From Lysobacterales bacterium (GTDB taxonomy: Bacteria; Pseudomonadota; Gammaproteobacteria; Xanthomonadales; Rhodanobacteraceae), in assembly GCA_017305135.1 (NCBI GenBank), contig JAFKNA010000007.1:55441-119440 (forward strand): a DNA stretch of 64,000 nucleotides, given 5' to 3'. This document shows positions 40,236 to 49,241 of this stretch, piece after piece; the first letter of the stretch is position 1; every line of letters starts with the position of its first letter. The position numbers and the translations under genes were made by a program. The notes beneath the pieces are model-generated. The model did not search any database and was not told the origin of the DNA. It worked only from the letters and a program-made list of their open reading frames with translations.

Positions 40236-40861
40236 ATTTTGCGTGGCCAGAGAACTTGGCTCTTGTTGCCGAACGAGGACATCGCTGAAAATCCTAGCTT
40301 CTTAATAAGCGGCCTATAGTCACTTGTAAAATCTTCCAGGCTCTTCATCGGCTTGCTGACGTGAGTTGGCTTATCCCGCCATTCAACGTAGACGGAGTGT
40401 ATCAGGGCGAGATCGAGCAAAGTGGACTCCAGCCAATCTACTTCTTTTGTATATCCTGAAACAAACGTAGCGCCTGACGCCTCTTGCAAACTCACGAGCA
40501 ACTTGCGACGAAGGCCGTCATCAGGTTGTAGTATGTGGCAACAACCAAAATGAAGAAATCCTATGCGTTGGGGGAAGGCGCTCTTGAGAATGTCAAGGAG
40601 GGTCGCCATAGTGATCCTGCTCTTCTTGTCTGATGGCTCGAGAAGCCCCACTTCTCCGTGACAGGCTATGTAGACCAGAGCCCTTTGGCGCGCAGGAATT
40701 TTCGCCAGGTAATAGGCGAGGTCCTCACCATTGCGAAAGCTTCGGTGGTGAACGCGTGTTCCGGGGAATGTTTGTTCGTAGGCTTGCATAAATTTGAGCA
40801 TCTGTGGCGGCTCTGTCGCCTTCTCCCAGGCGCCTTCAAACATGTAGATGTTAGCGATCAC
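40223..40861 (-). CDS. small caspase/CHAT-like protein (His-Cys dyad), function unknown
   Basis: GTG 40861 sits 5 nt after AGGAG. ALVYIACHGEVGLL (His) and IGFLHFGCCHIL (Cys). GC content is visibly lower than the surroundings. The last codons overlap the 5' end of the IS30 transposase ORF (its longest-ORF start is 40235). Confidence 0.65.
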   Translation of the reverse strand: MIANIYMFEGAWEKATEPPQMLKFMQAYEQTFPGTRVHHRSFRNGEDLAYYLAKIPARQRALVYIACHGEVGLLEPSDKKSRITMATLLDILKSAFPQRIGFLHFGCCHILQPDDGLRRKLLVSLQEASGATFVSGYTKEVDWLESTLLDLALIHSVYVEWRDKPTHVSKPMKSLEDFTSDYRPLIKKLGFSAMSSFGNKSQVLWPRKICGQ

Positions 40862-40884
40862 GGTCTCTCCTAAAGAGGGCTGTC

Positions 40885-41076
40885 TCAGGTTGTGATTGAG
40901 TCTCGCAGGTGCGTAGGCAGGAGACCCACAATGACGAGTCCGCGCATCTCGTCGTAATGGAGAAGCCGGAACTGCACTGTCTGGTCGTAGCTCCCACTGG
41001 AAGTTTTCGCGTGGAGATCAAGCGTGATCCGACGCGCTTCGTGCGTGCGCCGGTAGATTTCGCGGTAGTGGCACAT
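40885..41076 (-). CDS. hypothetical 63-aa ORF upstream of the caspase-like gene
   Basis: Only ORF geometry supports it (23 nt upstream of the next start). No motif recognised. Confidence 0.25.
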   Translation of the reverse strand: MCHYREIYRRTHEARRITLDLHAKTSSGSYDQTVQFRLLHYDEMRGLVIVGLLPTHLRDSITT

Positions 41077-41400
41077 GGCGGTTGCATCGGCCGTCGCGAT
41101 ACCTCGCCGGCGCTCTGTTCTTGCCGGTGCTTGGGTGACTCATCATCAGGATGACGGCGGCGCATCGTTCACGTTCTCGTGCGTTAGGAGGTGAATCACT
41201 TGTTAGGCAAAAGCGGTCTCCCGGAGGCGGATTCCCGAGCGGACTTGATGGCCTGTGGCAGCAGTACGGGCCGCCATTCCCCCGTGGACCTCTGCCCAGC
41301 TTTCGAGCTCCTCGCAAGACTCTGGAAAGACGGGCGCTTGCGGCACGTGCTCGAACTCTTGGTCCCATGCGGCCCAAGCTTCGGCGAGCTGGCGTTGCCG

Positions 41401-44400
41401 TCATTCAGTAAAACTCGCTTCGTGGGTTGCTTCCTTCCGAATGGCCCGCCTGACGCGATCCAGCACAGCATCCCGGTCGCGCAGCCACTCGAGGCCATCG
41501 ACGTGGAACACCCGCCAGCCTCGATTCCGGAGGAGGGCCGCGCGTTGCGTGCGGCGATACGGTCCGTCGTCGTCGACGCCTTCGTCGCACAGGATCGCGA
41601 TGCGGTAGGGCGTGCCGTCCGACTCACCCTCGATTGCGACGTCCACCTTGAAGGGTGACGCTCCCACGTTCGAAGTGGCTTCGTGACCGCTGGCCAGCAG
41701 CAGGTCGACCAGCTGCCCTGCGAGCGGAACATGGCCCGGCAGCGATGAGGAAATCCCCTCTGGAGCGGAGCGCTGGGGTCCAGAGCGAACCAGGTCGAGG
41801 GTGCGGGCAGCCTGGCTCCGGGCTCCCGATGAAAGGTGGAAAACGTACTCGAGATAGGCCTTGAACAGGCGCGGCCCATCGTTCTTGGCGCGTGCCACGC
41901 TCAATTGGTCAGGGTGGAAGGAGGCCACGACGGCCACTTCCTGGCGCGCCCTCGAGACCGCGACGTTGAGGCGGCGCTCGCCGCCGCGCTGGCCCAGGGG
42001 TCCGAACCTGGCGGGCACATAGTGCTGCACGCCGCGTGTCTTGTGTACCCGCTCGACCGGGGCGTGGCCCAACGAGAAGATGATCACGTCCCGCTCGTCG
42101 CCCTGGACACTCTCGATGTTCTTCACGAACGGGCGGTCGTCGAGCTGCTCGGCTGCATCGGCGGCTGTGAACAGGCGCGCGAACTGCTCATCGGATGCGC
42201 GCCGGCTGTCGATGGCGTCCAGTATGGCGAGGCGCTGGGAAAGGTTGAATGTGACGATTCCCGCGGTGGGCTTGTGGGGTCGGCCGAGGATCTCCTGCAG
42301 CACGTCGACGACCTTCTCGGCCTCGACCTCGTTCCTGCCGTCCTCGTAACGTCCGTCCGGAACGGCAATCCAACGCAACGCGGGGGGAACCTGTGGCCTG
42401 GATGATGCGGGCGCCGTCAGGAGCGTCCCTTCATACATGGAGTGGTTGGAGAACGCGATCAGGTCCTCGTCGCGGCAGCGGTAATGCCAGTCGAGGCGTT
42501 TCGCCGGCACTCGCTGGCGGGCGAGCGTCAACAGCGATTCCGACTCCAGGACCCCGTCGACCGGATCTGCCTCGTCCGCTTCCATCTCGCCACGGCCGGC
42601 CTTGAAGAAGGCGGTCGGCGGCATCTGCCGGTCGTCTCCCGCGATGACCACACGCCGCGCGCGCAGCAATGCAGGAAACCCGTTGGCGACGGTGCATTGC
42701 GAGGCTTCATCGAAGATCACGACGTCGAAGATCGGCTTGCGGGGGAACAGCACGGCAAGTGTCTCGGGTGAGACCAGCCACACCGGAATGGCGTCGAAGA
42801 CGCCGCGCTCCGCGTAGTTGCGGACGAAGGTGCGCAGCGGCAGGAGCCTGCGCTGCTTGGAAACCTCGCGCAGGAGATCCTCGCGCGTGGCCTGTTGCGG
42901 GGTCCGACGCGCGCGCTTCTCGGGGGGAGGCACCTGCAGGAGCGGCGCCGAATTGACCCGGTCCATGACCCGGACCCGGCTTGCGAGGGTGCGTGCGCCC
43001 AGTATTTCGCTCAGCTCCAAGGTGGCATGGTCGTCCACCGACCCCGTGCGGAGCTCGCGTGGCAGTGCATCCTCGGCGGACTCCAGGCGGCGCAGCGCCC
43101 AGGCCTTGAGCAGGACATCCGACCAGTGTGGCACGGCGGCATCGTGGCAACTCGCGATCGCTTCCGCGCCACGAGGGTCGACGGCATTCGCCTGGTCCAG
43201 CAAGCGGTCAAGTTCCGCAACGCGTGCGGCATCCTTCGCAAAGCGGGCATGCAGCAACCGCAGTTCCGCTGCAGGCGTGCGAACGTCAACAAGCTGGAAG
43301 ATGGCCTTCGCCGCTGCGATTGCAGCTTCATGCTTGCGCCAGGCCTGCGCAGACGCGAAGCGCTCGATCACGGTCTTGTGCCATGCGCCTGGATCGTGCG
43401 GCAGCCAGGCCTGCACGGATTCCAGCACGCTCCTGGATCGACGCAGGTCGCGGATGCCTTCCTGCGCTTCGTGGACCGCCTCGAGCGATCCCGCGATCTG
43501 CACGGCATCGCCGTTCAACAACGGGGCGAGCTTCGCCTCACGGGCGGCGGCCTGGTCGCGGCGTTCCCACAACGATGCCAGCCGCAAGCGCTGATGGATG
43601 TCCTTCAGACAGGCGACATCGAGCCGGCGCCCAACCGCATCCGGCCAGAAGTTGGCCAGCTGGCGGGTGACCATCGCACGCTGACGCCACCACTCCATGG
43701 ACAAGAAACGAAGGGGCGAACCGCTTCGCCCGAGGAGGGCGACCACGGCGGCCCTGAACTCCCGGGTGGCGCTTCCGCGGACCGGCGCCGGGAATGCGCT
43801 CCAGGCCGCCGATTCACCCATCCACTCCGCCCGCAGTGCCAGCAGCGGCTCGCACGGGTCATCGGCTGCCTCCAGCAATGCGGGGAGATGCGCAAAGTCG
43901 CTCTTCAGCGAGCGCAGCGCCTTGTTGCTCGCCAGGAGTGCCTCGACCCCGGTTGCTGCTTGCGCGGGATCGACCCCCTGCTGCTTTGCCATCGCCTCGA
44001 CCGCATGGGCAGATTCTGCAGCGGTGGCGAGCAGCCTGGCCATCTCCGCGCGTTCATCCGGAGACGTGCCGGCCAGGGATCGCCGTGTTGCCGTGGCGCT
44101 CGGGCGCCACGGGCTTCCCTCCGCCAGGAGGTCGGCCCAGGTGCGCCCCACGGCAGCGAGCTTCCCCAGCTTCAGCGCGGAGGCGACCGGGAGGTGACCG
44201 AGGCGCGGCATGGCCGCAGGCACGGGCGCGGCCTGCCCCGCGGCGAAAACGGCCAGATGGCCAAGGCTGGGCTCACCCTCCTGGCGGTGGCGAAGATGCC
44301 TGATGCGTTTGCGCATGCGCTCGGCAAGCGCGTCGGGAGAAGCGTCCGGTGCGCCTGCGGGGCCAGGTTCGGTCATGCCTTCCAACCGCGATCGGATCTT

Positions 44401-47085
44401 CCGGAAGAGTTCCTTGCGATCGTCCACCGGATCGTGGACGACGCCGAAGATCTCCTCGAAGCCGCTGCCGGCCAGGCGATTGGCCACGACGTCGAGCGCC
44501 GCGCGCTTCTCGGAAACCACCGCCACGCGCTCACCACGTGCCAGCGCGTCGGCAACCAGGTTGACGATCACCTGGCTCTTGCCGGTTCCGGGTGGCCCGT
44601 CCACCACCAGGGCCGGGACCTTGCTGGCCAGGCGAACGACTTCGACCTGCGAAGGATCGGCGCCAATCACGAGGGCCGGCGCGGCGCCGTCCATGGCCGT
44701 CGCGGGCTCTGCAGGTGCGGCAGGGCGCATCGACGCCGGGAGGATCTCGTTCGCGCAACCGAGCAACGCGGACGCGTCAGCGCCCCGCTGCCCGAGCTCG
44801 GAAAGCAGCTGTTCGTAATCGTGGAGGAGTTCGGACCGGGATTGGGGGAACAATCCCAGTACGACGCACCCCTCCTGCTCCAATCGGCGGCCCTTCCATG
44901 CGGGCACATCCTCGTCGAGTGCGTCGAGGGCACGGAGGTCCGTATCGAGGGCGAACACATCGATGCCGATCCGCTTCAGGTGATCGGTGATCGCTGCAAG
45001 CCCGACCGCAGGATCACCTGCGTTGGTATCCAATTCCAGGGCGAGTTCTTCCGAGAGCGGAATCCCGGCTTTCAGGTGGATGAGCCGGAGCAGAGCCTGG
45101 TTCGCGACGGCGGGCTCGTCGCGGACCTGCACCAAGGCCATTCCGCCGCCGCCGTCCAGCTCGAGTTCCACCGGCTGCAGCATGAGCGGTGCGCGGACTA
45201 CGTAGCCATCGATCACGCCGCGCACGAAGCCCGTGCCGAGGTAAAGGTCGCGCGCCCCCGATTCTTCCCGCCGCGCATGGTGTTCGCGCCTGAGTTCCAC
45301 GAGTTGCCGAAGCAGCGACGCCGCGTCACGCGATTGTCCGGTCTGCTCGCCATCGACGAGTACCACGCGCCGTCCTGCCTGGGCCAGGGCGAGGCAACGC
45401 TCCGCGTGGCCGACCGAAACGCGGGACAAGGCATACAAATCGAACGAGCGCCCCACGCGACACTCGCGCAGACGGATGGAAGGACTCCGCCCGTCGCCGC
45501 TGATCAGCTCATCACGCAGGCGCTGGATGGCCCGCTTCAATTCGTCTGGAGCCGGCGGCGCCTCCCTGGGCTTCTCCGGGCCTGCATGCTCAACGACGAG
45601 CGTGAATTCCTGGTCCAGATCGATGACCGGGAGCTCGGCGTCGCACTTCAAGCCGGCTTGCCGGAGCGCCGCCTCGATCCTTGCCAGTGCAGGCCCGGTG
45701 CGTCCGGTTTCGCCCAGCAGGCGGAGCAGGTGGCGCAAGGTGGCCCCTGCGCTGCCCCGCCGGACGACCGAAGCCAAGTACGCATCCAGGGCTTCGACGG
45801 TGTCCTTCGCTCGAACGGGCAACGGTTTGGCCTGCTGCTGCTCTCGCTCATCAATGGCGATCCGGCGTAAGGTGGGCCGCAGCATCGCCTTGAAGAGCTC
45901 TTCGCCATCGAGCAGCCGGCCGATCTCGACAATCCGCGCGAACTCCCGCGATTCGGCTACGCCGTCGGACGCCAGGACGTGCATCAGCAGGTTGAACAAT
46001 GGCCGGAGGAAGCCGGGTCCCCACGCGCGAGCAACGGGAGCGAGCTCCTCGAGCCGCTGCGCGGCGTGCTCGGGCGCCAGGAAACTTCGCCAGTCCGGTA
46101 CGAGCGAGGCGAAGGTGCGCTCGATGACCTCGGCCTCCTCGTCGCTGAGCACCTCGTCGGCTACCGCCACCAGCACCGCGCACGCGAGTGCAAGTTCGTG
46201 CAGCTCGACCGGCGGCTTCTCCAGATACTGGAACGATCCGTCCAAACCCGGCTTGCGAAGGACGCGCTCGATCAGCGCGTCGACCTCGTCGATCGGGAGG
46301 GTTCCGGGCCCGAGCCCGGTCAGCTCGTGGTACAGGTCCGATTCGCTGAAGAGCCAGGCGGCCCACGCCCTGACGCCGTGCTCGGGATGGGTAACACCTT
46401 GCGCGGTGTCACCGCCGGCCAGGCAGCCTTCGACGAGTTCGCGGCATTGGGCGAGATAGCCTGCCGTGTCCCCTCCCAGGTCATCGGCCGGGAGGCCGGT
46501 CGTGGCGACCATCTCGAGGCGCAGGAGGGCATCAAGGTCCCGCGCCGCCAACAATCCGTAGCGGTCCGCGGTCAACTCACGCGCCATCGAAAGCGTGGAA
46601 GCCAGCGATGCGAGATCCCCGGGAACGCCTTCCGCGAGCGCGAGGTGGGTGGCCAGCGCGCTCACCTCCGCGTGGGGGGAGTCGGGCCCGTGGGCAATGA
46701 AATGCCCCAGCTCGTGGCCGATCACCGCCCTCAGGGCACCCTCGTCAAGCAAGGAAAGCAGGCGTCCCTGCACCTCGACCAGGATCGGGTGCCGGAGCAG
46801 GTGAATCGCGGCGTTCTCGCGACCGGCGGATTGGTAGATCTCGATCGGGGCCACCAAGCCGAAGCGGCGGCAGATGTCCTCTGCGCAGGCGGTCGCGGTG
46901 GGCGCCATGGTCGGCGTGAGCCGGACCGCCTTGCCGAGGAGTTGCCGGCGGATGACGTCCGGCTCCGGCAAGGCGCGCTCGGCCGAGAGGAACGCTATTT
47001 GCGGAATCCGTGCGATTCGTTCGAGGAGCGAGAGCTCCAAAGCGACGCGAACACGGTCGCTCCGCGCGATGACTTCAGCGTCCAA
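41401..47085 (-). CDS. 1894-aa multidomain protein: M48-like peptidase + TerB-like + DUF4011 + SF1 (Upf1-like) helicase + C-terminal DUF559/Vsr-like REase
   Basis: TTG start behind GGAAGGGAAG. HELGH at aa 124-128 (46702-46716). TerB-like LVAVADEVLSDEEAEVIERTF and LMHVLASDGVAESREFARIVEIG. DUF4011-like LYLGTGFVRG...APLMLQPVEL. Helicase motifs GPPGTGKS (44575-44598), VIFDEASQ, IAGDDRQMPP, LDWHYRCRDEDLIAFSN and NVAVSRARQ. C-terminal KVDVAIEG...RIAILCDEG...RRTQRAALLRNRGWRVFHV. Confidence 0.9.
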   Translation of the reverse strand: MDAEVIARSDRVRVALELSLLERIARIPQIAFLSAERALPEPDVIRRQLLGKAVRLTPTMAPTATACAEDICRRFGLVAPIEIYQSAGRENAAIHLLRHPILVEVQGRLLSLLDEGALRAVIGHELGHFIAHGPDSPHAEVSALATHLALAEGVPGDLASLASTLSMARELTADRYGLLAARDLDALLRLEMVATTGLPADDLGGDTAGYLAQCRELVEGCLAGGDTAQGVTHPEHGVRAWAAWLFSESDLYHELTGLGPGTLPIDEVDALIERVLRKPGLDGSFQYLEKPPVELHELALACAVLVAVADEVLSDEEAEVIERTFASLVPDWRSFLAPEHAAQRLEELAPVARAWGPGFLRPLFNLLMHVLASDGVAESREFARIVEIGRLLDGEELFKAMLRPTLRRIAIDEREQQQAKPLPVRAKDTVEALDAYLASVVRRGSAGATLRHLLRLLGETGRTGPALARIEAALRQAGLKCDAELPVIDLDQEFTLVVEHAGPEKPREAPPAPDELKRAIQRLRDELISGDGRSPSIRLRECRVGRSFDLYALSRVSVGHAERCLALAQAGRRVVLVDGEQTGQSRDAASLLRQLVELRREHHARREESGARDLYLGTGFVRGVIDGYVVRAPLMLQPVELELDGGGGMALVQVRDEPAVANQALLRLIHLKAGIPLSEELALELDTNAGDPAVGLAAITDHLKRIGIDVFALDTDLRALDALDEDVPAWKGRRLEQEGCVVLGLFPQSRSELLHDYEQLLSELGQRGADASALLGCANEILPASMRPAAPAEPATAMDGAAPALVIGADPSQVEVVRLASKVPALVVDGPPGTGKSQVIVNLVADALARGERVAVVSEKRAALDVVANRLAGSGFEEIFGVVHDPVDDRKELFRKIRSRLEGMTEPGPAGAPDASPDALAERMRKRIRHLRHRQEGEPSLGHLAVFAAGQAAPVPAAMPRLGHLPVASALKLGKLAAVGRTWADLLAEGSPWRPSATATRRSLAGTSPDERAEMARLLATAAESAHAVEAMAKQQGVDPAQAATGVEALLASNKALRSLKSDFAHLPALLEAADDPCEPLLALRAEWMGESAAWSAFPAPVRGSATREFRAAVVALLGRSGSPLRFLSMEWWRQRAMVTRQLANFWPDAVGRRLDVACLKDIHQRLRLASLWERRDQAAAREAKLAPLLNGDAVQIAGSLEAVHEAQEGIRDLRRSRSVLESVQAWLPHDPGAWHKTVIERFASAQAWRKHEAAIAAAKAIFQLVDVRTPAAELRLLHARFAKDAARVAELDRLLDQANAVDPRGAEAIASCHDAAVPHWSDVLLKAWALRRLESAEDALPRELRTGSVDDHATLELSEILGARTLASRVRVMDRVNSAPLLQVPPPEKRARRTPQQATREDLLREVSKQRRLLPLRTFVRNYAERGVFDAIPVWLVSPETLAVLFPRKPIFDVVIFDEASQCTVANGFPALLRARRVVIAGDDRQMPPTAFFKAGRGEMEADEADPVDGVLESESLLTLARQRVPAKRLDWHYRCRDEDLIAFSNHSMYEGTLLTAPASSRPQVPPALRWIAVPDGRYEDGRNEVEAEKVVDVLQEILGRPHKPTAGIVTFNLSQRLAILDAIDSRRASDEQFARLFTAADAAEQLDDRPFVKNIESVQGDERDVIIFSLGHAPVERVHKTRGVQHYVPARFGPLGQRGGERRLNVAVSRARQEVAVVASFHPDQLSVARAKNDGPRLFKAYLEYVFHLSSGARSQAARTLDLVRSGPQRSAPEGISSSLPGHVPLAGQLVDLLLASGHEATSNVGASPFKVDVAIEGESDGTPYRIAILCDEGVDDDGPYRRTQRAALLRNRGWRVFHVDGLEWLRDRDAVLDRVRRAIRKEATHEASFTE

Positions 47086-47331
47086 CTTCCCTTCCCCTGT
47101 AACACCCCTCCCGGGTTGCTTCTAGCAGGATGCGGCCGCCTGCGCAACGTACCGCAGCTTCGCGGATGAAAGTCAGATGGCGAGTTCAGCGCGCGCAAAG
47201 ACCAGGAGCGCTCGGTCGCGGACCATCAGGGGAAAACTGGGCGGGGCTTGTCCATCCAAGCAGGGACCGGTGACCCATCAAGGAGGTTATGGTGGCATGC
47301 GCGACGCAATCGCCAAGCGTGCGCCGATGCC

Positions 47332-47538
47332 CTACGACTGCGCCCCGGAGGCGGCCTGAGCGGCATCAGCGGTTGCTGCTGCGCTTGCCTTCGCGTCGAG
47401 CTTCTCGGCAATGCGCTTCCGAGACTCGACCAGGAGGGCGGCAGCCTCGTCGGGCGGAAACCCGAGATCGGCAAAGATGTTCCCATCGGCGGGAGTGATG
47501 TGAGCGGTGTGGGTTTCGATCGGCATCATCATGTCCAT
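47332..47538 (-). pseudogene. N-terminal remnant of an XRE/HigA-like antitoxin
   Basis: ITPADGNIFADLGFPPDEAAALLVESRKRIAEKL is the typical leader of this family, but the HTH that should follow is missing and is replaced by an Ala-rich tail. Confidence 0.4.
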
Positions 47539-47618
47539 GCGTGGGCGAGGATGGATTCCATTGAAATCAGTAGCTTGTCGGATCTTAGCCAAAATTATGC
47601 GTCGGCACATAATTTCGA

Positions 47619-48125
47619 CTAAAACAGGCGTTCAGCCGGGCGGGGACCTGGGCATCCCGGAGATTCTCGCAGCTGCCGGACGAGCCTGACTGTCCCGAGC
47701 CCACTGCTCCAGTTCGGGAAGGCTTGTCGCGGCGACCGGCGGTCTGGCGGGCGCTGGCCGAGTGCGGGATTGAGAGAACAGCAGCGCTCCAGTCCCGGCA
47801 CCGTTGGAGAGCCTGAGCGGCTCAGGCGGAGTTTTGAGAGGCGCGTGCCCGGCTCGAGCAGCACATGGCCCCACGCGTCAGGCCCAGCATCGGCCAGCAC
47901 GCCCGGTACTCCATTGTTGACGCGTACATGCATGTCGCCCTGGAGGCGGCGCAGATTGATCGGGTGCAGCTCGTACCCCTCGGCGCTGGCAAGCCAGTCC
48001 GGGGCATATCGAAATGTTCCGGCGCCCTCGGCCCACTGGACGCGCCCGCAGAGCACCGGCTCCTTTTCCAGCGGTCCTTCCGGGTTTGCAAGCGGCGGTG
48101 CAAAGACGTAGAGCTCAGAAGTCAT
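47619..48125 (-). pseudogene. hipA: hipA toxin remnant (N-terminal coupling domain only, frameshifted)
   Basis: LYVFAPP...GTFRYAPDWL...GVPGVLADAGPDAWGHVLL matches HipA_N. It continues in another frame (RLSNGAGTGALLF). The kinase domain is absent. Confidence 0.7.
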
Positions 48126-48429
48126 CGCGGCTCACGACGCGGGCAGGAAGCCGCTGCCGTTCGAGGGCTTTGCCGATCGGATCGTCCTCAACACCTTGCA
48201 CGACGCTCCGCATCATGTCCGGATCGAAGACGGCCAGGATCTCAAGGAACGCACTCAGGGCCAGCCCGGGATGCCCAGCTTCCGCCTTGAGTACCGTTTC
48301 CCGGCTGAGGCCGGCCCGTTCCGCAACCTGCTGTTGGGTCAGTCGTCGCCGTCGCCGTGCAACACGCAGCTCCTGCCCGATCTGGCGCACGGCGCGCAAG
48401 ATGTCTGGTGATGCTGATCCCGATTTCAT
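48115..48429 (-). CDS. hipB: HipB-like XRE antitoxin/regulator
   Basis: ARRRRRLTQQQVAERAGLSRETVLKAEAG (HTH). Overlaps the hipA remnant start. Confidence 0.8.
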   Translation of the reverse strand: MKSGSASPDILRAVRQIGQELRVARRRRRLTQQQVAERAGLSRETVLKAEAGHPGLALSAFLEILAVFDPDMMRSVVQGVEDDPIGKALERQRLPARVVSRDDF

Positions 48430-48575
48430 GTGGGCGATACTACACCTTGTAGGCGATAAGGTATAGAAAACTTCACATTCTTGCGCTTTGTTCTTACTGC
48501 AGGAAGATCGCGCCTTCCTCGCTTGCTATCTTGACTTATCGAGCGGTAGAAACAAACGCGGGCGAACTACTCGGG

Positions 48576-48842
48576 ATGAACGTCATGCCCAACACGACAC
48601 CAGCCGCCGAAGCTGCGCCGGGAGACACGGCTCACCTCCTCGAGGTGGCCGAACGCATGCTCGCCAACAGCACGGCGCCAGAGTCCGAAGGGCTCGACCC
48701 GGTGGAATGGCTCGATCGGTGGGTGCAGACGCCGCAGCCGGCACTGGGGGGCAAGAGGCCACGGGAGTTCCTCGACACCCCAGGTGGAGGGGTCGTGGTC
48801 GCCAGGGTGCTGGGGGCCATCGAGAGCGGCGCGTACCAGTGA
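48576..48842 (+). CDS. DUF2384 (Xre/MbcA/ParS toxin-binding) antitoxin, orphan
   Basis: DPVEWLDRWVQTPQPALGGKRPREFLDTPGGGVVVARVLGAIESGAY. The alternative start is TTG 48531. No RES toxin follows. Confidence 0.7.
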   Translation: MNVMPNTTPAAEAAPGDTAHLLEVAERMLANSTAPESEGLDPVEWLDRWVQTPQPALGGKRPREFLDTPGGGVVVARVLGAIESGAYQ

Positions 48843-48981
48843 GATCCTGCGTGTACCGCGGCTAATTTCCCAAGCCGGAGACCTCAACGATGATGGTCGC
48901 GAAGGGCAGGGAAGCCGTTGCGGGTCGCGCCCGCTCCCTTCCCGTACCAGGTCACGGAACGGCCTGGTGCGGGAGTCCTCG

Positions 48982-49209
48982 ATGGAGCACCGCCCGATGT
49001 CCGGACTTGCCAGGCCAGAGCTCACTTTGATCCCCGGCGGCCAGGAGCGCCTGTGGAAGGAGATCATCCAGGACCTCCTCCATTTCCGCAGCGCCGAAGC
49101 ACGCCGGAAATGTGACCGTCTCAGTCACCGGGGCAGCCTGCGGCTGGTGGGTGGTCAACGCGCCGAGGCCTGCGCGGCCAGCGCGCCGGCCGCTTCGCCT
49201 GACGAGTAG
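48982..49209 (+). CDS. small conserved hypothetical (paralogue of 59749-59934)
   Basis: LTLIPGGQERLWKEIIQDLLHFRSAEARRKCDRLSHRGSLRLV aligns with the second copy. The start is uncertain. Confidence 0.4.
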   Translation: MEHRPMSGLARPELTLIPGGQERLWKEIIQDLLHFRSAEARRKCDRLSHRGSLRLVGGQRAEACAASAPAASPDE

Positions 49210-49241
49210 CACGGCGCGGGGCGCCGTGTTCCGTTGACGGG

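Noticed and set aside
39150-40290. Terminal inverted repeats and target duplication of the IS30-family element
   Set aside because: I could not align convincing inverted repeats at the two flanks. The shared TGGCTCTTGT at about 39162 and 40257 is a direct repeat too far out to be a 2-3-bp IS30 target duplication. Boundaries are left unresolved.
42895-47169. 991-aa and 396-aa plus-strand ORFs opposite the giant helicase gene
   Set aside because: No motifs and arginine-rich translations. The minus-strand ORF has a complete ordered set of SF1 helicase motifs and an RBS.
48843-48981. Expected RES-type toxin gene downstream of the DUF2384 antitoxin
   Set aside because: Only about 140 nt are available, and no frame gives a RES-like N-terminus. 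The next ORF belongs to a different small family.
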